From Candidatus Melainabacteria bacterium 17Bon1m (lineage in GTDB: Bacteria; Cyanobacteriota; Vampirovibrionia; Obscuribacterales; Obscuribacteraceae), in the NCBI GenBank assembly GCA_032128875.1, contig JAVLKG010000007.1, positions 298,496 through 362,495 of the forward strand: DNA of 64,000 nucleotides, in the 5' to 3' direction. Below the pieces are notes generated by a model. The model was not told the DNA's origin, did not search any database, and saw only the letters and a program-made list of their open reading frames with translations. Every line of letters starts with the position of its first letter. The first letter of the stretch is position 1. Positions 47,318-58,031 of the stretch are shown one piece after another. The translations under genes and the position numbers were made by a program.

Positions 47318-48517
47318 TTAGGCGCCCTTGTTGTCCTTTTCCACGGGCTCGCCATCAGCTTTTGGCGCTGCGGTTTGCCCGTTGGTGACCGATTGCCCGT
47401 TTGCAGTGCAGGGCTGTCCGTTTTCCGGACTGGTTCGCCCGCCGTTGCCGGTCGGTTTTGCGACTTCTGCAGAAGCTGCCTGTGTCGGAGTTACACCGGT
47501 GTCTCCGGTGCGCAAAGGGGTTTGCTGCTCGACGGCATTAGCCTGACCTTGCGGTCCTGCCACTGTCCGATCGTCAGTTTCCAACACCTGAGCCTCCCTG
47601 CCGCCGGCAACTTCATTCGGTGCCCCGTTTTTACTTTTCGTTCTCGTCACCGCATACTCTATAACCTTGTTCATCTCGGCGGCAACCAGGAGAACAAGGC
47701 TCGAGAGCCAGAACCAGAACATCAGAGCCATAACCCCGCCCAGCGAGCCGTAGATGCGGTTGTACGAGGCGAAGGTCAGCACGTATTCGCGGAAGAGCAG
47801 CGTGGCACCCAGAAAAACGATGGTGCCAAAAACACTGCCCGGCGTCACCCAGCGTCCACGCTGATGAGAAGCCGGTCCCATACGGAAAATCAGTGCCATG
47901 CTGCCCATGACGGTAGCCGGCACGACTATCCACTTTACGATGGTCACGTAGTAAGCCGTGTCACCGGTGATGTGAAACAGGCTCAAAATCTGCGGCCATG
48001 CCAGAAGAACGATCAACGCTACGAGCCCAATCGCCATCTGGATGATGGTGATGAGAATCGCCCATAGCCGCACGTGCCAGTACGGGCGCGTTTCCTTCAC
48101 ACCATAGATCTTGTTGAGAGCATCCATGATGTCGACGAAAACTGCCGACGCCATCCAGAGCAGCACCACGATGCTGATAGAAACCAGCCCGATTGGTGGC
48201 TGCTCCTGGATGTGTGTGATCTGATCGGTGATCACATTGGCTATGTCGGGCGGAAAGAGAGTCAGCAAAAACTCTCGCACCTGCTCGGGCGTGAGATTGC
48301 CGATGCCCAAATCTACTCCATTTGAAGCTCCCGAGAGATTCGGGAGCAAGTAGATGAAGGCGGTCAGCGCGAGGATAAGGAAGGGAACCGACGCCATCAT
48401 TGAGCTGAAGGCGATTGCCGAAGTGCGTGTCAGCACCTCGTGGCGGGTGATGTTGCGCCACGTTTCGACGAAGAGTTCCCAAACAGTCAGTTTGCCTGTC
48501 ACCTCGGGCAGTTTCAT
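47318..48517 (-). CDS. YihY/BrkB family membrane protein
   Basis: ALNKIYGVKETR, YNRIYGSLGGV, AEMN; low-complexity tail. Confidence 0.9.
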   Translation of the reverse strand: MKLPEVTGKLTVWELFVETWRNITRHEVLTRTSAIAFSSMMASVPFLILALTAFIYLLPNLSGASNGVDLGIGNLTPEQVREFLLTLFPPDIANVITDQITHIQEQPPIGLVSISIVVLLWMASAVFVDIMDALNKIYGVKETRPYWHVRLWAILITIIQMAIGLVALIVLLAWPQILSLFHITGDTAYYVTIVKWIVVPATVMGSMALIFRMGPASHQRGRWVTPGSVFGTIVFLGATLLFREYVLTFASYNRIYGSLGGVMALMFWFWLSSLVLLVAAEMNKVIEYAVTRTKSKNGAPNEVAGGREAQVLETDDRTVAGPQGQANAVEQQTPLRTGDTGVTPTQAASAEVAKPTGNGGRTSPENGQPCTANGQSVTNGQTAAPKADGEPVEKDNKGA

Positions 48518-49885
48518 TCATTTGCCCTCCGGCTCGCCTGTTGCATTGGCGACCTTGGCGGTGTCGGCGGCCAGGTAGCGAGCGCCCCACAGCCAGAGAA
48601 CGCCCGAGAGGAGGATGGCGCCGGACACCACCAGGAAGGCTGTGTTCATGCTGCCGGTTTTGTCCGCAACTGCGCCAATCACCATCGGTGATATCACGTC
48701 GCCGAGCGCGTGAATGATGAGGATGTTGAGCGCGAATGCGGAGGCACGCATCGCAGGATGCGTCACGTTGGCGAGGATAGTGTTGGAAGGACCGGTCGAT
48801 ACGAAGAGGCAGAAGCAGGCGCCGAAGATGAGACCCCACGCATAGGGAAACGGCGTGTAGAGCGCCGCGATCCAGAGCGGGAAGCCCACCAGCATCGCTG
48901 CTGCCGAGACCTGGAAGTATGCACCCTTGAAACGATCGCGCAGTTTGTCGGCGATCCAGCCACCGAATACGGTGCCGGCGATGCCTGCTACGACGAGAAT
49001 GCCGCCGAAGATCAAGTTGACCTGAGCGAGGTTTTCCACACCGCGATATTCGTGGATGTAGGACGGAATCCAGAAAGAGATGCCGCCCATGGCGAAGGTC
49101 ATCGCTGCCATGCCGAGCGTGTCGAAGCGGAAGGACGGAATCTTGAGGATGCCGGCGTAGTCCTTGAGGGACATCTTCTTCTTCGACTGTTGGACGAGGT
49201 TGTCCGCGCCGCCGCGGGTGGGCTCTTTCATGAAGAGACACCAGATACCGAGCAGAACGCCGGGCGGAACGACGAGGTAGAACGCCCATTGCCAGCCGAG
49301 ATGCGCCGCGACCTGCCCACCCAGGATGAAACCGAGGGCAGCGCCGATCGGAATGGCCAGGTAGAAGAACGCCATCACCTTGCCGCGCACGTTGAGCGGG
49401 AAGATATCGGAGAGCATCGCGGGGGCGATAGGACCGTATGCTGCTTCACCGATGCCGACGAAGCATCGTGTGAGGAGCAGCACGCCGAAGGTGGTCGCCA
49501 GTCCGGAGCCGCCTGAGGCGAGACTCCAGAGGATGACACCGAAGGCGATGATCCACCATCGCTTGAGATTGAGGGCGCCGAAGATAGGTGCCGTGATCAT
49601 GTAGGTGACCATGAATGCCATCGCCAGAAGGCCAATCATGGCGTTTTCCGGATGACCACCGAGGAAGCCGCCGAAGAAATTCAGCAGCCCCTGCACGAAT
49701 GGACCGGGCTCAGCGCCAGGTGCAAAGAATTCTTCTCTGATATTCGGCACAACGGCAGCCAGAACTTGCCGGTCAATCCAGTTGAAGAGATTGATTGCAA
49801 GGAGCAGCCATAGTGCACCTTTCGCTCCGGGCGCGGCGTTGGCAAAAATGCCGCCGGGCGCGGAGCCTTGTTTTTGATCAGACAT
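48518..49885 (-). CDS. Spinster-like MFS transporter
   Basis: INLFNWIDRQ, RCFVGIGEAAY, HALGDVISP. Confidence 0.88.
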   Translation of the reverse strand: MSDQKQGSAPGGIFANAAPGAKGALWLLLAINLFNWIDRQVLAAVVPNIREEFFAPGAEPGPFVQGLLNFFGGFLGGHPENAMIGLLAMAFMVTYMITAPIFGALNLKRWWIIAFGVILWSLASGGSGLATTFGVLLLTRCFVGIGEAAYGPIAPAMLSDIFPLNVRGKVMAFFYLAIPIGAALGFILGGQVAAHLGWQWAFYLVVPPGVLLGIWCLFMKEPTRGGADNLVQQSKKKMSLKDYAGILKIPSFRFDTLGMAAMTFAMGGISFWIPSYIHEYRGVENLAQVNLIFGGILVVAGIAGTVFGGWIADKLRDRFKGAYFQVSAAAMLVGFPLWIAALYTPFPYAWGLIFGACFCLFVSTGPSNTILANVTHPAMRASAFALNILIIHALGDVISPMVIGAVADKTGSMNTAFLVVSGAILLSGVLWLWGARYLAADTAKVANATGEPEGK

Positions 49886-49914
49886 GTGAGGAGTCCTTAG
49901 GGTGAAACCATCCT

Positions 49915-49966
49915 GTAGGGCTGCGCATGCGCAGCCCTTTCAGGGAACCGCATGCGGTTCCCCTAC
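49915..49966. repeat. GTAG-type REP doublet (REPIN-like)
   Basis: gtagggctgcgcatgcgcagccct + agggaaccgcatgcggttcccctac. Confidence 0.8.
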
Positions 49967-50039
49967 TCAGGAAGGGATGTTTCATTTATCCGAGTGTCAG
50001 GGCTCGTGCCCGCATTATTGCGAGCAACCGATTTGGAGA

Positions 50040-50810
50040 TTACTTCGTGCGACGACGCGATGCGCCGGGCGTGGAAGTTTTCACCGGTGTGCTTTTGCAC
50101 GCCGTGACAAACACTTTGAAGAGCCGCCTATTGCCTTCGAAGTCGCGCTCCGGATGCCATTGCACGCCGATGACAAATCGTTTGCGGAGATGTTCTACCG
50201 CTTCGATAATGCCATCTTCCGCATGGGCAGTTGCCTTCAGCCAGCGCGCCAATTTGAGCGCCGCCTGATGGTGGGAGCTGACCGTCTGAGCAATGACGGA
50301 GCCATAGATGGAGAACAGCTTGCTGTCCCGGGCGACCATCGCCGAGTGAGTGGCGCGTGGTTCACCTTCGTTTGCCCGGTGCTTGATGTTCGCTCTGACC
50401 GCACAGTTTGCAAGCGAGGCGAGGTGCTTCGGAATGTCGATGATAAGCGAACCTCCTAGCGCAACGTTAATCAGCTGGAGGCCTCCGCAGATTCCGAGGA
50501 CTGGGAGATTGCGCTTGATAGCTTCTTTGGCCAGCGCCAGGTCGAACTTAACCCTGTCCGGGTGGAGCAGTGCCACAGTTTCGTCCTGTTCGCCGCCGTA
50601 AAGCTCGGGATTGTAGTCACGTCCGCCGATGAGGAGGACGCCATCGAGCCGGTCCAGAATGCGCCGCATTGCAGCGGGTTTTGAAGGCGGAATCAGCACC
50701 GCAATGCCGCCCGCCTTCTCCACCGCTTCGTAGTAGGCACGCGCGACGCGCACCTGTTCCGGCTTTGTGACGTCCACATCGACATTCAAGCCGATGATGG
50801 GTTTCGTCAT
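50040..50810 (-). CDS. Peptidase C26 / PuuD-like gamma-glutamyl hydrolase
   Basis: PVLGICGGLQ, SSHHQA, GVQWHPE. Confidence 0.92.
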   Translation of the reverse strand: MTKPIIGLNVDVDVTKPEQVRVARAYYEAVEKAGGIAVLIPPSKPAAMRRILDRLDGVLLIGGRDYNPELYGGEQDETVALLHPDRVKFDLALAKEAIKRNLPVLGICGGLQLINVALGGSLIIDIPKHLASLANCAVRANIKHRANEGEPRATHSAMVARDSKLFSIYGSVIAQTVSSHHQAALKLARWLKATAHAEDGIIEAVEHLRKRFVIGVQWHPERDFEGNRRLFKVFVTACKSTPVKTSTPGASRRRTK

Positions 50811-51796
50811 AGCGTTGCCATATCCTCGATTACGTACATGATGCCGTCGACTGCCAGCGTCATACGCGTGAAGTCGAGGCGATCGATGGTGTCTTTGGGT
50901 GTGTGGTAGAGCGGGTAACGGAAGTTGGACGTGTCGGTGACCATCACACCATCGTAACCATGCTGCCAGAAAGCCCAGTGGTCCGAGCGACCGGCGTCCT
51001 TGGCGAAGGACGGCGCCGCGACACCTTCGGAAGGCAGTCCCGCATGTTTGCGGAACACCTCAACGCAGCGGCGCACAAAACTGCGACCCTTGGCGTTGCC
51101 GACGAAAGCCAGGAAATTGGCGACGGTCGGATAGAACAGGTTGAACGGGCTCGGGTAGTGCTGGGAGTTGGGCTCGGTCGAGTAAACGCCGAGCATCTCC
51201 AGAGAGAGCATGCCAACGATGTTCTCGTTGCGCTCACGGCAGCGTTTCGCATAGGCAAAACTGCCCATCTGGTCCCAGGTGCCGCCCGGATGCTCTTCAT
51301 TGGCAAAAGCCACGAAGCGAATTGTGCGGTCGGGAGCATTGGCAGCGGATCGGCGGCAGAAGGCGCGGCACAACTCCAGCATGGCGGCGACGCCGGTGCC
51401 GTTGTCGTCCGCTCCGGGAGTGTTGTTGACGGTGTCATAGTGAGCACCGACCACAACAATTTCATCAGGGCGCTTCTTGCCTTTGATTTCGACGATCAGA
51501 TTCGGCATTACCTTGCCATCGAACTCGATGTTCTGACGCTCGACCTCGAGATTGAGTCCCTTGAACTCGCGCTCGATGTAGTCGATAGCCTTGAGCATGC
51601 CGGCGTAGTTGCCGATGCTGCGCTCACCGATCTGAACCGCCAGCGTTTCGACGTGCTCAGTCAGCCGCGCGCGCAGCAATTCTTGCGGCCGTCCGAAAGA
51701 CGGCAGGCGACCCCGATAGCTCTGTCCCGGCATTTTGACGTACCGGTAAGCCAGAGGGTAGAGCAAGAACTTGAGAATGGTTTTCTTGAAGCTCAT
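50807..51796 (-). CDS. M28 family peptidase
   Basis: GAHYD, GADDNGTG, ANEE, SDH, YHTPKD. Confidence 0.9.
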   Translation of the reverse strand: MSFKKTILKFLLYPLAYRYVKMPGQSYRGRLPSFGRPQELLRARLTEHVETLAVQIGERSIGNYAGMLKAIDYIEREFKGLNLEVERQNIEFDGKVMPNLIVEIKGKKRPDEIVVVGAHYDTVNNTPGADDNGTGVAAMLELCRAFCRRSAANAPDRTIRFVAFANEEHPGGTWDQMGSFAYAKRCRERNENIVGMLSLEMLGVYSTEPNSQHYPSPFNLFYPTVANFLAFVGNAKGRSFVRRCVEVFRKHAGLPSEGVAAPSFAKDAGRSDHWAFWQHGYDGVMVTDTSNFRYPLYHTPKDTIDRLDFTRMTLAVDGIMYVIEDMATL

Positions 51797-51831
51797 ATTA
51801 TTGTCTCCTCAAGTTTTTCACATTTCCGCAC

Positions 51832-52896
51832 TTAAGGGAGGATATGAGGGGCTTCCTTCAGGAAGACACCCTCGACTTGGCGAGCGAAGCAGCGCTTGCG
51901 AATCGACTTGATGTCGATGGCGGCAAGGTTGCGGCGCAGCCTAAGGAGAGCGTCCCGATTTTCTACCGGGATGCGTTTGCCGCGTTCGAGAGCGTCCACC
52001 GTGGAGATGAACCCTTCGACTACTGCGTGCCATTTCTGGTCGAGATTGAGCGTGAACTCCATGGCGTGAAATCCACGAATCATCGGCTGAGCGAGCATCA
52101 AGCCGTCCTTTTCTTCGGGATGGACTGCATCGATGGACACGCACTTTCCGCCGCAAAAGATGTGGAAGAGCATGCGTAGCCACCGATTTTTCTTGATGAT
52201 CTCTTCGCTGATGTCGATGGCGAAGATGTCCGATTTCTTGACGCCGAAATAACGCGGCGGCAAGTCGACTGGGCACTCACCGAACTCGGTGAAGGCCCCG
52301 TCCCACAGCGGCTCGCCTTTGAAGGCGACCGCATCGATCACGCCGGGAATGGCGCAGGAAGCGCGAACAGCCATACCCACAGGCACGGGCTCGTTGGCCA
52401 CGTGCAGCGGGTGCGTGCCGAGACCCATGTGATGAGCACCGTTTTTGGTGAACACCACATAGCCACGATCGGCACTGGCGACTGTCCAGTATTTGTCAGG
52501 CCACGTCTTGGTGACGGTGCTGACGAAAGTCCCCAGCTTCTCGCTAGAGAAAACGCCGTTTTCCGGGCGAGTCTGCTCATAGCGATACTTCATGAGGAGT
52601 GCGAGAACTTGTCCGAGCTTGCCGGTCTTTGGCGTGAGCAGGCTGGAGAAATCCGTCTGCAACGCGTGCGACAGAATCTGCGTGGCATCTGCTCCGCTTG
52701 CCAGAAGTGCTGCGGGTATCGACCCGCCAGAAGCACCTCCGATGGTGGCAAAGTTTTTCAGTCCGGCGAGTTGAAGGGCAACGATGGCTCCGGCACCAGC
52801 CAGAACCGCTTTGCTCCCTCCGCTTCCGAAGACCACATTCAGCTCGCCCATTTCGCTAGAACGCAGAACGAGGTCTGCTTCATTTGGGCTTGTCAT
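51832..52896 (-). CDS. Patatin-like phospholipase
   Basis: GSGGSKA, GASGG nucleophile elbow, ASCAIPG, WDGA. Confidence 0.88.
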   Translation of the reverse strand: MTSPNEADLVLRSSEMGELNVVFGSGGSKAVLAGAGAIVALQLAGLKNFATIGGASGGSIPAALLASGADATQILSHALQTDFSSLLTPKTGKLGQVLALLMKYRYEQTRPENGVFSSEKLGTFVSTVTKTWPDKYWTVASADRGYVVFTKNGAHHMGLGTHPLHVANEPVPVGMAVRASCAIPGVIDAVAFKGEPLWDGAFTEFGECPVDLPPRYFGVKKSDIFAIDISEEIIKKNRWLRMLFHIFCGGKCVSIDAVHPEEKDGLMLAQPMIRGFHAMEFTLNLDQKWHAVVEGFISTVDALERGKRIPVENRDALLRLRRNLAAIDIKSIRKRCFARQVEGVFLKEAPHILP

Positions 52897-53831
52897 TTTG
52901 AGAATCCCTGGTTTTTAGGCGTTGGGAAGTAGAAACGAAGACGACAGCTCATCTCCACACCAGCAGGCAACCGATTCGGCAAGCGCTGCAATCCTGAAGA
53001 ACGCAGATACGCGTCAACCGGTTCGCAGAACGCTCATGCAATGCACCGCCAGGTTCAGGTTCGCAAACAATGCGTCGCTAAAAACTAGAGCGGTGTAGTT
53101 CGGAACTATGAGTTTCAAGAAAGGCAACGTGGTTAGAAACCTTTCTTTGAAACACACATCTGGTAAAGCGATAAGCACTTCAAATCACATGTCGCGCTTG
53201 CGCGCAGACACGGAAATAAGTAACCAAGATCAAAGGTCAGATGGACTTGATGGGTTTGGTTTTAAAACAGGTAAGAAACAAAAGTGCTTCGAGATTCTAT
53301 AAAAAAGAGACTTCTGTATTCTTGATGTCATAAGCCTAAAAAGATCGAATGCTAATAAACACAGATCACACAGCTTCAGCAGAGCTAGCATATCTTGTCA
53401 TCTTTCTGCTGCGCGAAACCTTTGTCACGCAATGGTTTTAGCATTATGGCCAGGCGGTGCTAGATCTTGAGTGACTGAGCAAAACAACTTAAGTCGGGCG
53501 TAATCAAAGAACGTAAAGCAACTCATGCAGGCTTCCTTTACGCGGCGAAAAGTGGCCCGGTGCTAATTGCGGCAATCGGTTTGCTGATTGAATGTACGCC
53601 TTGGCATCCAGGGTAGAGTTGGTTTTTGTCTTGGATTTTTTTGCGATGGCAATGGCTATGGCCTTCGTTATTGCTCAAAACAAGGCGCAAAAAAGAGCAA
53701 AAACTGAGTCTGGGAAGACTCAGTTCTTACTCATATTGCGTGCAAGCCAAGCACTTGGGTAAAAAGCTTCAGAGGCCTAAATCGAACTTCTAGGGACTGT
53801 TTGGTCGTTTAACCGTCGGTCTAAAGGCCGG

Positions 53832-54095
53832 TCAGTCGTACAAAAGTTCGCCGGGAATCCAATCGAGGTTGACTCTACCGGTGGTGCGATCTGTTTGCGA
53901 AGAACATAAACTTTCAAATTGCTTTGGTGTCCTTCCGCAGTCGCATGGCGTACTGCTGTCGTGCCCTTCGTGGCTCACTGCTTCGCTATTCATTGAGTGT
54001 AGTCTGACGCGCAGAATTGGCGGTGCGTCTTGATTTCCGCTCGGCGAGTAGCTCCGAGATTGCCAGTAATTAAGAAGGGTTTGAGGAAAATTCAC
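53832..54095 (-). CDS. Possible small hypothetical protein
   Basis: 87-aa ORF in an otherwise empty region, TTGACA upstream; no recognisable family. Confidence 0.3.
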   Translation of the reverse strand: MNFPQTLLNYWQSRSYSPSGNQDAPPILRVRLHSMNSEAVSHEGHDSSTPCDCGRTPKQFESLCSSQTDRTTGRVNLDWIPGELLYD

Positions 54096-54797
54096 GTTTG
54101 AGAAATTAGTAAGAAATCGTTAGTGAAACCAAATTTGATACCAGCAATTCAATGTATAACACAGTGTGAAGTGGCCGTGTTTATGTCAAGCACACCTTCG
54201 GCGGCTAGACGTGCTTAATCAGTTTTGACGTTCGCAAATAGAGTTGGCATCAAAAATATATGCGATGCAACATTTCGAATTTCCAAAGTTTCTTGGAAAA
54301 CCGCATGAGCAGCTAACTGTTTCAATCTTTTCCGAACGTGAACTCGATTACATGTGTCTGGGTATTTTGAGACACTTGAGCAATCTATTAGCTAATTCCA
54401 ACTGCTACAAATGCATTTCCAAATGCTCATAATTCCCCCGCCTGTTTCGATTTGCGGGCCTTGTAGATATGCGATCGGGCGCCACGTTTTTCTAACAACC
54501 TGCGGCACGCTTTTCGTTTCTATATAGGTCCAATTCCATCCTATTCAGACCACTCAGATCTCTATGGTTTGAGCAGTTACCAAATTGTCTTTGCTGCGTG
54601 CCAAAACTTACAGCTAATAGTAGGCGACAGAAATTCAGCAAATAGCGATTGCTGAAGTATAACTTCTAACTTGCAAGTTAGGTGTTACAATGAGATTGTA
54701 GAAAACCTGTAGAAAAGTTTGAGACCACGGCGGAGTTTTTAGTTCGTTTGTTGAAAATGGAATCCCAATTATTTGCGCTTGCGAGGCGCGAAAAACC

Positions 54798-56006
54798 ATG
54801 AATTCATACGTGATTGACGGAGTATTCACTCCCAGGGCTAGCGTCAAAAAAGGTGTCAGTGCTTACACGACCATCCACCCACAACAACTAGTAGTATCCT
54901 GCTTGCAGGCGCTCGCAGAGCGGCAACCCGAAGTTTTGCCGAAGGCGGAGACGGCTTTTTTCGGATGTGTGTCGCAAGTAAATGATCAGGGAGCCAACAT
55001 TGCAAGAAATGCAATTTTGTCGGCCGGGCTCGATTGGTCTGTTAGCGCGTCCAGCGTCAACATGTGCTGCGGATCTGGACTGCAAGCCGTGAATTTAGCT
55101 TCTGCATTGGTGGCGTCTGGAACGAATTCTGTTGCATTGGCTGGTGGAGTCGAAAGCATGTCGCGAGTCAAAATGGCTAGCGATGGCGGTTTTATGGACG
55201 GCAATAACGATGAATTGCGCAAGAGGTTGATTCAAGTTCCGCAAGGAATTAGTGCTGACTACATCGCCGCGACTGATGGATTTACCCGTGAAGAGTTGGA
55301 CGAATTCTCGCTTCATTCGCACCGTAAGGCATTTGCTGCAGCACAGAAAAGCTATTTTCAGTCTGCCTATGCGCTGGTCAAAGATGAAGCGGGGGCGCCT
55401 CTTCTCACTCGCGATGATCACATTCGACCTGATACTTCCATGGATGGCTTGAGTCAGCTAAAGCCTGCGTTTGCTGCTTTGGAAGAACAGTTGATGGCTG
55501 CAGGAGTCATTGGAGACGGTAAGACACTCGATAAGTTTGGACCATTTCACACGGCTGGTAATTCCAGTGGAATCGCTGATGGAGCGTCTGCCGTGCTTGT
55601 CGCCGGCGAGAGTTTTATCGAGCAATCTAAGGTAAAACCGCGTGCACGTATCTTGAAGGTCGTGGCAAAAGGAAGCGATCCTGTCGTTATGCTAAATGGA
55701 CCTTCTGCCTGTTGCGATCAGGTTCTTAAAGAGTGCGGGATGTTGCCGAATGACATTGACCTATGGGAGATAAACGAAGCCTTTGCGGTTGTTCCTCTGC
55801 AAACGATTCGAAATTTAAAACTCGACCCTAACAGAGTAAACATCAATGGTGGCGCAATAGCGCTCGGTCACCCACTTGGCGCGACCGGCTCGATATTGTT
55901 GGTTTCTCTTCTTACAGCGCTAGAGAAAGAAGACAAACAGATTGGATGCGTAACTTTGTGCGTCGCTGAAGGTCAAAGTATTTCAGCCGTCATTGAGCGT
56001 GTGTAG
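54798..56006 (+). CDS. Acetyl-CoA C-acyltransferase (thiolase)
   Basis: [38 protein letters not shown]. Confidence 0.93.
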   Translation: MNSYVIDGVFTPRASVKKGVSAYTTIHPQQLVVSCLQALAERQPEVLPKAETAFFGCVSQVNDQGANIARNAILSAGLDWSVSASSVNMCCGSGLQAVNLASALVASGTNSVALAGGVESMSRVKMASDGGFMDGNNDELRKRLIQVPQGISADYIAATDGFTREELDEFSLHSHRKAFAAAQKSYFQSAYALVKDEAGAPLLTRDDHIRPDTSMDGLSQLKPAFAALEEQLMAAGVIGDGKTLDKFGPFHTAGNSSGIADGASAVLVAGESFIEQSKVKPRARILKVVAKGSDPVVMLNGPSACCDQVLKECGMLPNDIDLWEINEAFAVVPLQTIRNLKLDPNRVNINGGAIALGHPLGATGSILLVSLLTALEKEDKQIGCVTLCVAEGQSISAVIERV

Positions 56007-56058
56007 AAGAGAAGGTTTTAGGTTGCGCGAAGGGTCGTTTGAAGAGGTAATTAATTAG

Positions 56059-56394
56059 ATGCAGCGTCGATCTGATTGTCCAATCACTTGCACACTAGAT
56101 CTAATCGGTGATAAGTGGACGCTTGTAGTGCTGCGCGATCTGCTCTTTCTCAATAAATCAAAATTCGAAGAGTTTCTCGCTTCTCCCGAGCGTATTTCCA
56201 CAAGTGTTTTGACCGACCGTCTGCACAAGCTTGAAAAAGCAGGATTGATTGAAAAGTCACCCTACAGTACTCATCGTCTTCGAATGACTTATTCGCCAAC
56301 CGAAAGAGGTAAAACCCTTACGCCCGTTTTGCATGAAATAGTCAAATGGGGGCGAACGAACTTTGAGGATACTGTGATTTTTAGCGCCGATTAG
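56059..56394 (+). CDS. HxlR-family wHTH regulator
   Basis: RSDCPI..LDLIGDKWTL..LRDL. Confidence 0.92.
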   Translation: MQRRSDCPITCTLDLIGDKWTLVVLRDLLFLNKSKFEEFLASPERISTSVLTDRLHKLEKAGLIEKSPYSTHRLRMTYSPTERGKTLTPVLHEIVKWGRTNFEDTVIFSAD

Positions 56395-56621
56395 AAAGCA
56401 TATGACAATGAGTAAACTCTTGTGTCTCTGGAATTTTGGGTGTACAGACGAAACTTAATTAGGACAGGGGCGCTTGTTCTTCGAACGAGGAAGATGTACA
56501 TGTGCGATGGGTGGAAAATTCCAAAGATGGCTTAAAAGTTACCGATAGGTTATGGTGCGCTTTGTGTGTCTTTATGTCACGCAACTGCGTCGTCACATTT
56601 AGGTAGCTGTAGGCATCCCGC

Positions 56622-57941
56622 GTGAATTTGAAACTGATCTGGCTGCTCCGATCTGCAGCCGTAATGTTGTGTACGGCAATGATTTGGTGGCTCTTGTGGG
56701 TAGATTTTCATCGACTTGATTTGGTGGAAGCAACAGATTTTGCTAACAGTTGCTATGTCGCTGGAAAGATTGCTCAGACGGGAAATATTCACCTGCTTTA
56801 TCCGTCAATGTCTGCAACAACCTACGTTGGAAGCTCGTTTCCACGGATAGCACATGAATTATTGAGCGCACTGCCCGTGGGGTCATATCCCGTGTGGCAA
56901 TACTCACCCTTGAATGCATTTCTATTTTCATATCTTTCAATCCTCCGTGTTGATTCCGCCCTTCTAATCTGGCAAATCTTAAATGGAGCCGCCACCCTGG
57001 CAATTGCTGCAATGGTGGCGAAGCCCTTCCGCTTGCGTGTTATAGATGCATTTCTCTTTTGCTTTTGTTTTGCGCCCTGGTTCATGATGATCAAGTTTGG
57101 GCAGCAGGGGCTGATTTTTGGTGTATTGCCATTGTGTCTTGGGTTTTGGTTGGCGCTTAGAAACAGGTCGGTGTTATCGGGCTTGTGCTTATCCATCACC
57201 TTCCTCAATCCCAAATACCTGATAATTGCGGGGCTCTTTGCGGCTTTTGTTTTCTGGCGAAACAAGAAAATATTGCCAGGACTGCTGCTTGGTGTGGCGT
57301 TCTGGATTACATTCTTGTTCCTCTCCACTCCTAATGTGTTGCTGCCGTGGATTCATGGACTTAAGCTCGCTGAGCTTTATTTCTTCGACCCGCATTTATT
57401 GCATCGAACGTTCATCTACACATCCCTGCCGGCTCTTTCAATTCTGAATATGCCTGTTGAGTTTCGTGATATGGCAAAGATTGTTTGCTATACGGCGGCT
57501 GCAGTTGTAGCTTTTGCAACCTTGTACGTTGGTGCTAGGGCTTGTAAAAGCATGCAAAAAAAACAGTTTTTCTTGTTAGCTCTCACCCTTTCATTTCTTG
57601 CGATGCCCATCATTGAGCCCCATCTGCTCTTTTACGATCTTTCCGGCGCGGCCATCGGACTGCTCGGTTTATGGAAATTGAGAAAGTTGGAGATGCCCAA
57701 CCTCGGCGGTCTTTCAGCGATGCTTTGGGTGACTATCACTTGCTATTTCTTGATTTTTGCGTTCAACCTACTCCAGCCGCAACCTCTCGTGTTCGTTCTG
57801 ATTCTTGCAGGCGCGTATTTGCAGATTTTGCGACTATTGGTGCAGGCGATGCATACAAAAGGACCGGGCTTGGCTACGCCGCAGGAAAGGCAAGGACCAC
57901 ACTCTCTTGAGCCGCTTGCTATGGGTGCAGAACGACAATAG
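56622..57941 (+). CDS. GT87-like polytopic glycosyltransferase
   Basis: DFANSCYVAG, YSPL, GQQ, PHLLFYD, many TM. Confidence 0.8.
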   Translation: MNLKLIWLLRSAAVMLCTAMIWWLLWVDFHRLDLVEATDFANSCYVAGKIAQTGNIHLLYPSMSATTYVGSSFPRIAHELLSALPVGSYPVWQYSPLNAFLFSYLSILRVDSALLIWQILNGAATLAIAAMVAKPFRLRVIDAFLFCFCFAPWFMMIKFGQQGLIFGVLPLCLGFWLALRNRSVLSGLCLSITFLNPKYLIIAGLFAAFVFWRNKKILPGLLLGVAFWITFLFLSTPNVLLPWIHGLKLAELYFFDPHLLHRTFIYTSLPALSILNMPVEFRDMAKIVCYTAAAVVAFATLYVGARACKSMQKKQFFLLALTLSFLAMPIIEPHLLFYDLSGAAIGLLGLWKLRKLEMPNLGGLSAMLWVTITCYFLIFAFNLLQPQPLVFVLILAGAYLQILRLLVQAMHTKGPGLATPQERQGPHSLEPLAMGAERQ

Positions 57942-58031
57942 GTAAATCCCACCTATTCGTCTTTTTGACACGTAGGTGCCACGTGGAAATTATATGAATT
58001 GCTCTACAGGTGGCGAGCTGAGGTAATTCAA

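Noticed and set aside
53040-53110. tRNA-like gttc motifs
   Set aside because: No cloverleaf or acceptor stem could be built
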